Source: Candidatus Tectimicrobiota bacterium
GTDB taxonomy: Bacteria > JACPUC01
Reading direction: 5' to 3'
Assembly (NCBI GenBank): GCA_016192455.1
Contig: JACPUC010000003.1
Span: forward strand, 310,001 to 365,081
DNA: 55,081 bases
Below the pieces are notes generated by a model that was not told the DNA's origin, did not search any database, and was given only the letters and a program-made list of their open reading frames with translations. Within the stretch, counting starts at the first letter, position 1. Each line of letters opens with the position of its first letter. Of this stretch, positions 19,298 through 29,620 are shown piece after piece. A program made the translations under genes and the position numbers.

Positions 19298-20776
19298 ATG
19301 AACTTCCAGCAGGAGCTCGAAAGCCTCATCGCCCTCGTCAGCAACGTGGCTGACTCCTTTACGACCACCCTGTTCCTGGCCGACCAACAAAAACAGGAGC
19401 TGAGGCTTGCCAGCTTCCATACGCTTGGGAACTCGGTGATCCAGGGCACGGTGATCCCCTATGGACACGGCCTGGTCGGCTGGGTGGCCAACCACTGCCA
19501 GGCAGTCAATGTCTCTGAGTTTAACCGCGACACGAAGACGCTGCAGTTCTACAGCCAGGACGAAGAGATCAAATCGTTCATGGCCGTGCCGGTGGTTGAG
19601 CAGGAGCTCCTGGGCGTCCTCTGCATCGACAGCAAGAAGCAGTACGTCTTCACCCCGAAGCTGCAGAAGCTGTTGCAGGGCTTTGCCGACCAGGCGGCGC
19701 TGGTGCTGCGGCGCCAGCAGGTGTTCGAGCAGCAGCAGTCCCTGCGGGCCAGCATCGAGACGCTCTACGAGTACTGCCGCGGCCTGCACGAGCGCATCGG
19801 CGCCCAGGCGACGGACCGCCTGACGCTGGCGCGGCACCTCTGCCGACTGCCGCGGGTGTTGATCGAGCACGACGAGTGCGCCGTCTGCCTGCGCGCCGAG
19901 GATCATCCGGAGCAGCAGTTCGTCGCCTACCGGCTGGCGGCGTCTTCCCGCAGCGGCGTGCATGTCCTGCCGGTGGCGATGGAGCAGAGCCTCTCCGGAA
20001 TCGTGCTGCGCAAGGGGGAGCCGCTGTACCTGCCGGACGTGCACGACGACGGCCGGCGCCCGATGCTGTTCGCGCCGGGAGAGGAGCGTCCGCCGGTCGG
20101 CTCCTTCCTGGGCGTGCCGATTCTCTATGGTGGCGGCGTCCACGGGGCGATGATCTTCACCTGCGCCGCGCCGTACCAGTTCTCCCGCAGCCACGCGCAG
20201 CTCACCCAGATCCTCGGCTTCCAGGTGGTGGCGGCGTTGTCGCACGACAGCAGCGCCAAACGCGAGCACGAGGCGCACCTCATCGACGGCCTCACCGGCC
20301 TCCTGAACCGTCGCGCCTTTGAAGAGGCGCTGAGCAAACGGCTGGCGCGGATCGACACCCAGGGAGGCAGCCTGGCGCTGCTGGCCATTGATCCGGACGG
20401 CTTCTCGGCGGTCAACGAAACCGTGGGCTACGAGGCGGGGGATGCTTTTTTGCTGCGCCTGGCCCGCCTGCTCGGCAACTTCGCGCTGGGGAAGAACCTC
20501 CTGGGGCGGTTCGAGAGCGACTGCTTTCTGCTGGCCATCGAGGGCACGAGCTTCGGCGACTCCCTGGAGTTGGCCGAGAAGATTCGCCGCACCGTCGAGG
20601 GGACACTCTTCCAATCCAGCACGGCCGACAAGATGCTGACCGTCACCATTGGGGCGGCCTTCTACCCCGCGGATGCGGAGAGCCAGGGAGAGCTGATGCG
20701 GGCGGTGCGTCGAGCCGTGGCCTCCGCCAAACGGCGCGGCAAGAACCGGGTGGAGGCCTTCGCTCCGGCGCGCTGA
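19298..20776 (+). CDS. GAF-GAF-degenerate GGDEF protein
   Basis: GLVGWVA..SFMAVPV..GVLCIDS (GAF), SFLGVPI (GAF), DGLTGLLNRR; the signature reads RFESDCF. Confidence 0.85.
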   Translation: MNFQQELESLIALVSNVADSFTTTLFLADQQKQELRLASFHTLGNSVIQGTVIPYGHGLVGWVANHCQAVNVSEFNRDTKTLQFYSQDEEIKSFMAVPVVEQELLGVLCIDSKKQYVFTPKLQKLLQGFADQAALVLRRQQVFEQQQSLRASIETLYEYCRGLHERIGAQATDRLTLARHLCRLPRVLIEHDECAVCLRAEDHPEQQFVAYRLAASSRSGVHVLPVAMEQSLSGIVLRKGEPLYLPDVHDDGRRPMLFAPGEERPPVGSFLGVPILYGGGVHGAMIFTCAAPYQFSRSHAQLTQILGFQVVAALSHDSSAKREHEAHLIDGLTGLLNRRAFEEALSKRLARIDTQGGSLALLAIDPDGFSAVNETVGYEAGDAFLLRLARLLGNFALGKNLLGRFESDCFLLAIEGTSFGDSLELAEKIRRTVEGTLFQSSTADKMLTVTIGAAFYPADAESQGELMRAVRRAVASAKRRGKNRVEAFAPAR

Positions 20777-20971
20777 GGAGCTTTTCGACCCGAGAGGCCA
20801 TCAACCCCGGAGGTGAGTCCCCGCCGCCGTTGCGGAGCCGGCGGCCCAAGCGCCGCGAGAGGGGAGACGGGCCCGCATGCCGCGAGCGCCCGCCGTCGTC
20901 CTGTCTGGGAACGCCCCCGAAGCCCCGCAGCATGGCGGTCGCCCAGCGGGGCGCGGAAGGAGAACTGCTCC

Positions 20972-21997
20972 ATGTTCCTGATTGACGCACTCATGCGACG
21001 TTTCTCGTTCGATTTGGCCATGGACCTGGGCACCGCCAACACCCTCATCTACCAGAAGGGGAAGGGCATCGTTCTCAATCAACCGTCGGTGGTGGCGGTG
21101 CCGGAGACTGGCAGCGGCGTGTTGGCGGTGGGCGAGGAGGCCAAGCGGATGTATGGCCGCACGCCGGAGGGCGTCCGCACGGTGCGCCCGATGAAGGACG
21201 GCGTCATCGCCGACTTCGAGATCACCAACCGCATGGTGATGTACTTCATCCGGCAGGTGCACCGGCGCAACAGCTTCGTGCGGCCGAAGATGATCATCAG
21301 CGTGCCGTCCGGCATCACCCAGGTGGAGAAGCGCTCCGTGATCGAGGCGGCGCAGATGGCGGGGGCGAGCCGGGTCTTCCTCCTCGAGGAGCCGATGGCG
21401 GCGGCGATCGGCGCCAAGCTGCCGGTGGAGTCGAGCCAGGCGAACATGGTGGTGGACATCGGCGGCGGCACCACCGAGGTGGCGGTGATCAACCTCTTCG
21501 CCACGGCCTACTGTGAGTCCCTGCGGGTGGCCGGTGATGAGATGGACGAAGCGATCCAGCGGCACCTGCACCGCGAGCACCAGCTCGACATCGGCATCTT
21601 CGAGGCGCAGCGCCTGAAGCATCTGATCGGCTCGGCGATGCCGTTCGAGGAACCGTGCTATGGCACGGCGCGCGGTCGCAAGATGTCGGGCATCCCGGCC
21701 ACGGTGCAGGTGGAGGACGCGGAACTCCGCGAGGCGCTCGAGGAGCCGGTGCGCGCCATCGTGCAATCCATCAAGGTGGCGTTGGAGCGCACCTCGCCCG
21801 AGCTGGCGGCGGATGTCACCTCGCGCGGGCTGGTGCTGGCCGGCGGCGGGGCGCTGCTCCATGGGCTGGGACCGCGGCTCCACAAGGAGACGGGGCTGCC
21901 CATCTTCCGCGCCAAGGACCCGCTGACGACGATCGTGCGCGGCGCCGGCATCGTGCTGGAGAACTTCAAGACCCTGCGGCGGGTCTGCATCAACTAG
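20972..21997 (+). CDS. mreB: Rod shape-determining protein MreB (probable paralogue)
   Basis: DLGTANTL, RPMKDGVIADF, EEPMAAAIGA, VDIGGGTTEVA, LAGGGALL. Confidence 0.9.
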   Translation: MFLIDALMRRFSFDLAMDLGTANTLIYQKGKGIVLNQPSVVAVPETGSGVLAVGEEAKRMYGRTPEGVRTVRPMKDGVIADFEITNRMVMYFIRQVHRRNSFVRPKMIISVPSGITQVEKRSVIEAAQMAGASRVFLLEEPMAAAIGAKLPVESSQANMVVDIGGGTTEVAVINLFATAYCESLRVAGDEMDEAIQRHLHREHQLDIGIFEAQRLKHLIGSAMPFEEPCYGTARGRKMSGIPATVQVEDAELREALEEPVRAIVQSIKVALERTSPELAADVTSRGLVLAGGGALLHGLGPRLHKETGLPIFRAKDPLTTIVRGAGIVLENFKTLRRVCIN

Positions 21998-22206
21998 GCT
22001 GCGTCTCAACCCTTCGCCGCGGGAATTGAGGCGTTGCCGGCGGCATCGTCCGGGGAGGCTTGGAAGGGGGGATCAAACGCTCCCCCCTCTTCGAGCGAGC
22101 CGCGGGAAACCTCGCGCCCGCGAGGTGCGCCTGCCTCCTCTCGCCTCGCGTTCTCCCCCCTCGCCATCGATCACCGTCCCCTTCCCCCCATCCCCCTCGC
22201 GGCGCC

Positions 22207-22866
22207 TTAACATCCCGGACCGTGGTGCACGCCGCTCTTTTCCCGCAGCAGGCGCTGCAGCTCTGCGGCGATCGCCAGGGTTTTGCCGGCCGCGCGGCGG
22301 GCGCGATCTTGCGCCTCCGGCGTGGTGGCCAGACGCAGCAGGAGCTGCCGCCCGAGGAGGTGGTGGAACTCCTCGTCGGGCTGGATGGTGTCGCGGTAGA
22401 GCGCGGCGGTTGCGGCATCTCCCTTGGCCTCGCACAGCTCGATGAACTGCCGGTTCTTCACCGTGGCGATGGCCTCGCGGGTGAACTGCCCGGCGGCGAC
22501 GCGCTCGACGGTGTCGGTGAGCGAGTCGAGGTACTGGAAAAGCGGCGTGTAGCCGGCGGCCACGGGGTCGAACTCCCGCAGGTCAACGTGCAGCTCCGCC
22601 AGGCGATCCTCGATCAGGCGGTAGTGCTTCGCCTCGTCCCCAACCTGACGCGCCAGCGCCAGCTTCACCTGCAGGTCCTTGGTGGTGGCCAGCCAGCGGG
22701 CCGCGATCTCCGTCGCTTCCAGCTCGCTCTTCAACGCCATCTTCAAGAGATGGGTGATGTCCAGCCTGCCGAGGGCGTCTTTCTCCAAGGTGTCGGTTGG
22801 CTCCAGGCGAGCCAACATCTCCTGATTCGCCGCATCGAGCTCCGCAACGAAGGCGCGCGCATCCAT
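22207..22866 (-). CDS. Ferritin-like (diiron four-helix) domain protein
   Basis: E(SELE)...DEAKH...E(REA)...DEEFHH pattern. Confidence 0.75.
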   Translation of the reverse strand: MDARAFVAELDAANQEMLARLEPTDTLEKDALGRLDITHLLKMALKSELEATEIAARWLATTKDLQVKLALARQVGDEAKHYRLIEDRLAELHVDLREFDPVAAGYTPLFQYLDSLTDTVERVAAGQFTREAIATVKNRQFIELCEAKGDAATAALYRDTIQPDEEFHHLLGRQLLLRLATTPEAQDRARRAAGKTLAIAAELQRLLREKSGVHHGPGC

Positions 22867-23578
22867 TCCATCGTCCTTTCTCAGCGGCGGGGGGCTCGCG
22901 TCACCCTGAAGGGATGGCGCTCCCCTGCTCGCGCTGCATCTGCTGGCCTCGCTTTCTCCCTTGCCTGCCATGCCGGTCGCCGGGCCGCCTGGCAACGCCG
23001 GCCGCCCCGCCGCCTCTGCCACGCCTCCAGGCGGTCGGAACCCTGCGGCTGCCTGGGGCGCGGCATCACCTATCGCACGGCGCTGAGGCTGTTGACTGAG
23101 AAGTTAGGAAAAACATTCGCGCGCGCCAGGGGAGATAATGACGGCCTGCTTGGGGAGAGGCGCTCCTTCAGGGCGCGGTGGGTCTCGTCGCTGAAGAAGA
23201 TGACGCCACGACCAGCCCGCCTCGAAGGTTCACCAGCGCCAGCCGACGACAGTTGCACGGGAGATCGCGCCGTTGCCGAGTCTCGTCTTTGCTCCAGCGC
23301 CCTCCTGGGCGCGGGCGGCAGCGCGGCGCTCCGCCACCTGCCCCGTACAAGAGTCAACCCAAGGAACGACCAGATTCATGGCTTTCTCTCGCGGGGGAAT
23401 TTTCCTGTCAAGCAATCTGTTCTACCGGACAGCGGTGACTCTCATGCCTCAGGTACCGAGCAGGTATGAAGACGCACTCACTTCGAAAAGGTGCAGTCTG
23501 GTCCGGTCGACGCGATCGCCAAGGAAAGCTCCGACCGAACCGTGATCAGAGTTCTTACCAAGAATGGAGGATACGTCG

Positions 23579-23983
23579 ATGTACCAACGTAGAGACTTGC
23601 GCGTCGCGGCGTTGCTCATCGTGCCGCTTCTCGTGCTGCTCATGACCGGCTACGCAGCGGCCCAGGGGGGCTTTCGGCTTCCTGGCACGCTCGAGCAAGA
23701 GGGCGACGTGCCGGCCTTGAAAGGCAAGGTCGTCTGCATTAGCTGTCAGCTTCCCGACGCCACCGCTGCCCTCATCGCCGACCACCTTCGCAACGGCCAT
23801 CAACCGGCGCTGCGCCTGACGAACGGCCGCGTCGTCACCATCCTGCCCCAGGGGGCGGCCTACGACGCGCTGCGCAAGGACGCCATGCTGGGCAAGACCG
23901 TGCAAGTGAAGGGGAAGACCTACAAAGGGACCGACCTACTCGGCATTGAAGAGTTCAAGGAGCTGGTAGGCGCGAATCCGTAA
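23579..23983 (+). CDS. Exported hypothetical protein with CxxC and His residues (OB-fold-like)
   Basis: GGAGG RBS; signal peptide ending AAA-Q; LKGKVVCISCQL..H...GHQP..GKTVQVKGK. Confidence 0.7.
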   Translation: MYQRRDLRVAALLIVPLLVLLMTGYAAAQGGFRLPGTLEQEGDVPALKGKVVCISCQLPDATAALIADHLRNGHQPALRLTNGRVVTILPQGAAYDALRKDAMLGKTVQVKGKTYKGTDLLGIEEFKELVGANP

Positions 23984-24143
23984 CTTCCACTATCCGATCC
24001 ATTCGGGGATCGTGAAGAGGCATGCCACGGAGGGGCATGCCTCTTCTGCTGTCGCCACTCCGCCGGAGGCTGCGGGCCAAGGGCCGGGTTTCGGCGGCAG
24101 CCAGCGGGGCAGGGGGAGATGAACGCGAGACCTCGCCTTCCTC

Positions 24144-24330
24144 AGGTGCTGTTTCTCACATTCGATTGCATAGATTGGCGAGGGAGCCCCGCCCCTCGCG
24201 CACCCCGCCTTGTAAGGGCGGTTCGCGAACCCCCCTACGGGATGGGGGTGTGGGGGAGTACGGGTCCCCCACAAAAACTTTCGCCCCTCCCATGGCACAA
24301 AGAGGGCATCGAATTTAGGATGGACCTTGT
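24144..24330. mobile_element. MITE-like composite repeat copy
   Basis: GTGCTGTTTCTCACATTC..GCGAGGGAGCCCCGCCCCTCGCGCACCCC, degenerate REP at 24212-24238, CATGGCACAAAGAGGGCATCGAATTTAGGATGGA. Confidence 0.65.
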
Positions 24331-24437
24331 GAGCCGCTGGGGGTCGAGGATGTCGTGCCGCCCCGGTCGCTGCGCGCCAGGAGGAGGTTGGAGCGCTAGC
24401 GGCTCCAGCTCTTGCGGAAGGAGGGGAAGGCGGCTGG

Positions 24438-25088
24438 TTACGGCGCCGCGGGGGATGGCCCTGGCGCCGCGTCAGGAGCGTCGGCATTGCTCCCCCCACC
24501 GCCGAGGAGACGATCGAAGAGGTGCAGGGAGTTCGCGCTTACCCAACTGCGGGGCCCCAGGACCCCTGCCAGGAGGTTCCCATTGCGGGCGATGATGAAG
24601 GTGGTGGGCACGGAGCGAACCGCATAGAGGCGGCTGACCTCCTCCTGGGGGTCGAGCAGCAGCGGGAAACTGTAGCGGTACTCCTCTTGGAACGGACCGA
24701 CGACCTTCGCCCCTTGGGTGTCGATCGACACCCCCAGGACGACGAGGCCGCGCGCCTCGTAGGTCTTGAACAGCGTTTCGAGCTCCGGCATCTCGGCGCG
24801 GCAGGGCGGGCACCACGTGGCCCAGAAGTTCACCACCACGAGCTTGCCGCGGAGCTGCTCCAACGACACGACGCCACCGCCAAGCTTGGGGAGAGAGAAC
24901 GCCGGCGCCGGCGCGGCGGCATCCCCGTAGGAGAACATGCCCAGGGAGCGAAAGAGGCGCTTGAGGGAAGGCTCGGCGCCGCCATCCGCGGCGGTCGCGA
25001 GGAGCAGCAGGCAGGCCAGGCCAATCACCGCTCCGGCCCGCCTTGCGCATCGTACCTCTTCGCTCTCCGCCGTCAGGCTGCGTTTCAT
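24438..25088 (-). CDS. TlpA/ResA-like thiol-disulfide oxidoreductase (start uncertain)
   Basis: APAFSL, VVNFWATWCPPCRAEMP, VPTTFII; N-terminal hydrophobic anchor. Confidence 0.9.
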   Translation of the reverse strand: MKRSLTAESEEVRCARRAGAVIGLACLLLLATAADGGAEPSLKRLFRSLGMFSYGDAAAPAPAFSLPKLGGGVVSLEQLRGKLVVVNFWATWCPPCRAEMPELETLFKTYEARGLVVLGVSIDTQGAKVVGPFQEEYRYSFPLLLDPQEEVSRLYAVRSVPTTFIIARNGNLLAGVLGPRSWVSANSLHLFDRLLGGGGSNADAPDAAPGPSPAAP

Positions 25089-25102
25089 GCGTGATCGCTC
25101 CC

Positions 25103-26155
25103 TCATTCCGGTTCTTCCAGTACATAGAGACCCTTCAGCGTCGCGGCGTACAGCTTCCGGCCGCCGGGATGGAACTTCAAGCGCAGGACGCCGGCATCGT
25201 CGGGAAGGCCGGCGCTCAGCTCGCTCCACGAGTCACCCCGGTTGGCGCTGACGTAGACCCCCTCCCCGGTTCCCAGAAACAGTTCACGCGGGTCGCGCGG
25301 GTTCACCGCCAGCGAGATGACATCGACGGTCAGCACGCCGTCCTGGCGCAAGGACCAGGAGGCGCCGCCGTCCGTCGTCCGGTAGACTCCCACATCGAAA
25401 AGCGTCACGTAGAGGGTTTTGCTGTCACCGGGATCAACCGCGATATCGAAGATCGACACACTTGGGAGGGCTTTGGAGAGGGTCTGCCAGGCGCTGCCGG
25501 CGCGCTCGCTCCTGTGCAGGCCGGTGCTGTAGCTGCCTGCGTAGAGGGTCTCGGGATGACGCGGATCAAAGGCGAGGGTCCGAACGTTCTCCCCCGCGGC
25601 GTCGCTGCTGATCTTCCGCCAGCGCGCCTCTCCTTCGGCGCGCACGTAGACTCCTTGGTAGGTCCCGGCATACAGCCTCTTCCGTCCCTGGGGCGCGAAG
25701 GCGAGCGCATAGACGTGCGGATTCCCCAGCCCCTCGCTGACGGCCCGCCAGCTCAAGCCGGCATCACTGCTTCTGAAGACCCCTTCTTTCAGGACGCCAA
25801 CGTACAGGGTGCTGCTGTCATCGGGATCGACCGCCAGGCTGCTCACGCGCTTGCCGGTAAGCTCCTTGCCCATTGACTGCCACTGCTTGCCGTGGTCGCG
25901 GCTTACGAACAGGCCCGCGCTGTCGGAAGCGTACCAGATAGCCTCCTTGCCAGGCGGGCCGAAGGCGAGCGCCGTGACCGCCGCCTGCTCCTGGGAGAGA
26001 CGCCACCAGTGGCGGGCCGCCGGCGCCTGGACCAACCCTTCGGCCACGGCTGCCGGCGGGGTCGCCGGCGCGCTCCCCGCCGCGAGAAGGGCCAGCAGCG
26101 CCAGCGCCGCGATCCACCGAGATCGAGGCGCGGATTTCTCCGCCATGGGCATCAC
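25103..26155 (-). CDS. Exported BNR/Asp-box beta-propeller protein
   Basis: Signal peptide; repeated S.D.G..W Asp-boxes (SRDHGKQW, SSDAGLSW, TTDGGASW, SANRGDSW). Confidence 0.85.
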   Translation of the reverse strand: MMPMAEKSAPRSRWIAALALLALLAAGSAPATPPAAVAEGLVQAPAARHWWRLSQEQAAVTALAFGPPGKEAIWYASDSAGLFVSRDHGKQWQSMGKELTGKRVSSLAVDPDDSSTLYVGVLKEGVFRSSDAGLSWRAVSEGLGNPHVYALAFAPQGRKRLYAGTYQGVYVRAEGEARWRKISSDAAGENVRTLAFDPRHPETLYAGSYSTGLHRSERAGSAWQTLSKALPSVSIFDIAVDPGDSKTLYVTLFDVGVYRTTDGGASWSLRQDGVLTVDVISLAVNPRDPRELFLGTGEGVYVSANRGDSWSELSAGLPDDAGVLRLKFHPGGRKLYAATLKGLYVLEEPE

Positions 26156-26488
26156 CTCCCCGCGCTCCCCGCGCGCGCCTTCGGGTCTCTCCGAGAAGCC
26201 CGCGGCGTTTGCCGCCGCCTCGTGCTCGCGTGGCTTGCATCCGCCTGACGCCGAGGGCGCCGGAAGCGCCGCGGCCCCAGCGACAGATCGCCGCCCCAGC
26301 GACCACAGCCCGGCGGGCCGCTCGTCCTTATAACTACGTTTGAAGCAAAACTATTCGGCAGCTTCGATATTCTCTTCTCGCGCCCGCCGCCCACTGGTCT
26401 TGACACGTCTCGGCATTTGGCAAGAGAATAGGGGAGGACTTCGCCACCCACCGAGAAGCGTCCCTTTACGGCCATTGAGGGGGGAACC

Positions 26489-27487
26489 ATGGATACGCGA
26501 ATCGCCCGCTGCTCCTTCAGGCTCGCCGCCTTCGTCCTTCTGCTTTGCCTGCTGGTTCTCAGCGCTCCACTTCAGCCGGCGCGCGCGGCAGATACGGTGA
26601 AGGTCGGCTACATCCCGATTATCTACTTCGCGCCGATGTTCATTGCCATTGAGAAAGGGTACTTCGCGGAGCAGCAGATCGCGCCGGAGCTGATCCGCTT
26701 CGCCTCCGGCGCCAAGATGAACGCGCCGCTGGCCACGGGGGAGATTCAGGTCTCGGCTTCCGCCGCCAGCGCGGGACTTTTCAATGCGATCCTGCAGGGA
26801 GAGCAGTTCCGCATCGTGGCCGACTCGGGGCAGGTCCGCCCGGGCTACGGCGCCTCCTCCGTGATCGTGCGGGCGGACCTCCTCGACTCCGGGCAGGTGA
26901 AGACCATTGCCGATCTGAAGGGCAAGCGCGTTTCGCGTTTCGCCAAGGGGAACATCGGGGACTTCTATCTGGGGCTGACGCTGCGCAGCGCCGGCCTGAA
27001 GCTCGATGACGTGACGCTCGTGGCGTTGGAGCCGGCCAAGATCATCGGCGCCATGGAGACGAAGGCCATCGACGCCAGCACCATCGCCGAGCCCCTCGCC
27101 ACCCTCGCCGAAGTGAAGAAGGTGGCGCGCAAGCTTGTCAGCTTGGACAAGATCGGCAGCGGGAACGTGCAGATCGGCGCCATCATCTACTCGGGGAAGT
27201 TCCGCGCCGAGCGCGACCCGGCGCAGCGCTTCATGAACGCGCAGTTGAAGGGGGCGCGCTTCTTCAACGACCACGGCATGAAGAGCGACGAGGTGTCGTC
27301 GATCCTCACCAAGCACACCAAGGTGCCGCAGAATATCCTGAAGCTCGCCACGCCCTTCTACCTGTCGCCGGATGGCAAGCCGAACCTCGACAGCCTGAAG
27401 GAGTTCATCGATTGGGCGCAGGAGGTTGGCTACACGAAGAGCAAGTTGCCGATCGAGCAGCTCGTCGACCTGGGCTTCCTGAAGTAG
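26489..27487 (+). CDS. NitT/TauT (SsuA/THI5-like) ABC substrate-binding protein
   Basis: Signal peptide, VKVGYIP, IAIEKGYF, IADLKGK, IDA...EP. Confidence 0.88.
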   Translation: MDTRIARCSFRLAAFVLLLCLLVLSAPLQPARAADTVKVGYIPIIYFAPMFIAIEKGYFAEQQIAPELIRFASGAKMNAPLATGEIQVSASAASAGLFNAILQGEQFRIVADSGQVRPGYGASSVIVRADLLDSGQVKTIADLKGKRVSRFAKGNIGDFYLGLTLRSAGLKLDDVTLVALEPAKIIGAMETKAIDASTIAEPLATLAEVKKVARKLVSLDKIGSGNVQIGAIIYSGKFRAERDPAQRFMNAQLKGARFFNDHGMKSDEVSSILTKHTKVPQNILKLATPFYLSPDGKPNLDSLKEFIDWAQEVGYTKSKLPIEQLVDLGFLK

Positions 27488-27657
27488 GAGGGCGGCCTGG
27501 GTCGCCCCTCCGAGGCGGCTCGCAAGCGGCTGCTCCCGGTTGGCGGCGCGGCGCGGCGCGGGCCGCTCCGCCCGCCGAACCTCTCCCCTCCGGCCGGGCG
27601 CGGAGTCGATACGCCAGGGTGGGATGGCGGGATCGCAGACCCGGAATGCCGAGCACC

Positions 27658-27944
27658 GTAGTGTTGCGTCTCAGAAGTTCGCTTACCTATTTGCGGCGTT
27701 GCTCGCTGTATTGGCAAGGGGCTTGTAAGGGACCTATGCTCCCCCACACGCCCATCCCGTAGGGGCGGTTCGCGAACCGCCCCTCCAAGCCGGGGCGCGC
27801 GAGGAGACACGGTTCCTTCCCAGACTGAGGTTGCGGGCGGGGCAAGCCCCGCCCCTACGATCAGTCCCCGCGGGCGCGGTTGGGGAGAAGGTCCCCTCTC
27901 AGCTCTCAGAATTAGGTGATGGAACGTAGGGGACACGATACTAG
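27658..27944. mobile_element. MITE-like composite repeat copy with two inverted GTAG REPs
   Basis: Ends TAGTGTTGCGTCTC and GACACGATACTAG; REPs at 27759-27786 and 27835-27858; the right part matches 53595-53632. Confidence 0.65.
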
Positions 27945-28015
27945 GGCTCCGTGTCTCCTGTGGGGGCAGGGAGAGGGGTTGCGTTTGAGCTGCTGATCCG
28001 CTGCGCTGTGGAGAG

Positions 28016-29620
28016 ATGATGGCCTACTACCGAGACCTGCGGCAGCATATCGCGGCGCTTGAGGCGGCCGGCAAACTCGCGCGCATCACGGCGCCGATCA
28101 ACAAAGACACCGAGCTCATGGCGCTGGTGCGCTGGCAATTCCGCGGCCTGCCGGAGTCCGAGCGGCGCGCCTTCCTGTTCGAGAACGTCACCGACGCCAA
28201 GGGACGCCACTACGACATCCCCGTGCTGGTGGCCTCGCTGGCGGCATCCCGCGAGGTCTACGCCATCGGCATGCAGTGCCGCTCGGAGGAGATCGTGGCG
28301 CGCTGGCAGCAGGCGCAGATCAACCCCATCGAGGCGGTGCTGGTGGATGACGGGCCGGTGCACGAGGTCGTCTACCAGGGCCCCGATCTCGAGCGCCCCG
28401 GCGGCGGCTTCGACCTCTTCCCGATCCCCATCTCAACACCGGGCCTCGATAACGGGCCGTACCTCACCGCCGCCCACTGGATCAGCAAGGACCCGGAGAC
28501 CGGCATCCGCAACGTCGGCAACTACCGCGGCCTGATCAAGAGCCCCACGCGCGCCGGCTGCGGCTTTCCCCCCACGAAGCACATCGGCGTGCATTGGTCG
28601 AAAGCGAAGAAGCGCGGTCAGCGCCTCGAGGTGGCGGTGGCCTTGGGCGTGGTGCCCAGCATCTCCTTCGCCGCCGTCACCAACATCCCCTACGGCACGG
28701 ATGAGTTCGCGGTGGCGGGCGGCCTGGCGGGCGAGCCGCTCGAGCTGGTGAAGTGCAAGACCATCGACGTCGAGGTGCCGGCCACCACGGAGGTCGTCTT
28801 CGAGGGCTACCTGGCGCCGGACTACTTCGAGTACGAGGCGCCGTTCGGCGAGTACACCGGCTACCTCGGCGGCCGCAAGATCGCCAAGGTGTTCGAGATC
28901 ACCTGCATCACCCACCGCCGCAACCCCATCTTCACGCAGATGATCAGCCAGTTCCCGCCCAGCGAGAGCAGCAAGATCCGCCAGATCGGCTTCGAGAACG
29001 TCGTCTACACCTTCCTGCAGCACCACTGCCGCATCCCCGGCATCCTCGACGTGGCGCTGCACGAATCCGGCGGAAGCTGGCAGTACTGCGTCATCCGCAT
29101 GAAGAAGCAGCACCCGGCGCACGCCTGGCAGGCCCTCAACGGCGTCATGGCCCTCGACACCATGGGCTACAAGATCGTCATCGCGGTGGATGAGGACATT
29201 GACCCCCACGATCCCGACTCGGTGAACTGGGCCCTGAGCTTCGGCATGCAGCCGCACCGCGACGCGCGCATCGTCACCGGCCGCGCCACCAACGGCCAGG
29301 ACAACTCCGCCTACCCCCCCGGCGAGGAGTCGCGCGAGAACACCTACCCGCAGCCCCACGGCGTCTCCAGCCTGCTCATCGACGCCACCCGCAAGTGGGA
29401 CTACCCGCCAGTCTCCCTGCCGCGCCAGGAGTTCATGGTGCGCGCCAAGGAGCTGTGGGATCAGCTCGGCCTGCCGCCCCTCGCGCCGAAGGCCCCCTGG
29501 CACGGCTACACCCTCGGCTACTGGACAGCGGAGCTCGAAGAGGAGGCCCAGCTCGCCCTCAAGGGCGACCACTACGTCACCGGCGAGAAGCACCGGCGGC
29601 AACGCAAAGCGGCGCCGTAG
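28016..29620 (+). CDS. ubiD: UbiD-family decarboxylase, paralogue 2; family-level call only
   Basis: YYRDLRQHIAALEAAGKL, NVGNYR, EAPFGEYTGY, VDEDIDP..VNWAL, IDATRK. Confidence 0.92.
   Translation: MMAYYRDLRQHIAALEAAGKLARITAPINKDTELMALVRWQFRGLPESERRAFLFENVTDAKGRHYDIPVLVASLAASREVYAIGMQCRSEEIVARWQQAQINPIEAVLVDDGPVHEVVYQGPDLERPGGGFDLFPIPISTPGLDNGPYLTAAHWISKDPETGIRNVGNYRGLIKSPTRAGCGFPPTKHIGVHWSKAKKRGQRLEVAVALGVVPSISFAAVTNIPYGTDEFAVAGGLAGEPLELVKCKTIDVEVPATTEVVFEGYLAPDYFEYEAPFGEYTGYLGGRKIAKVFEITCITHRRNPIFTQMISQFPPSESSKIRQIGFENVVYTFLQHHCRIPGILDVALHESGGSWQYCVIRMKKQHPAHAWQALNGVMALDTMGYKIVIAVDEDIDPHDPDSVNWALSFGMQPHRDARIVTGRATNGQDNSAYPPGEESRENTYPQPHGVSSLLIDATRKWDYPPVSLPRQEFMVRAKELWDQLGLPPLAPKAPWHGYTLGYWTAELEEEAQLALKGDHYVTGEKHRRQRKAAP

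Noticed and set aside
23579-23983. c-type cytochrome
   Set aside because: The motif is CISCQ, not CxxCH
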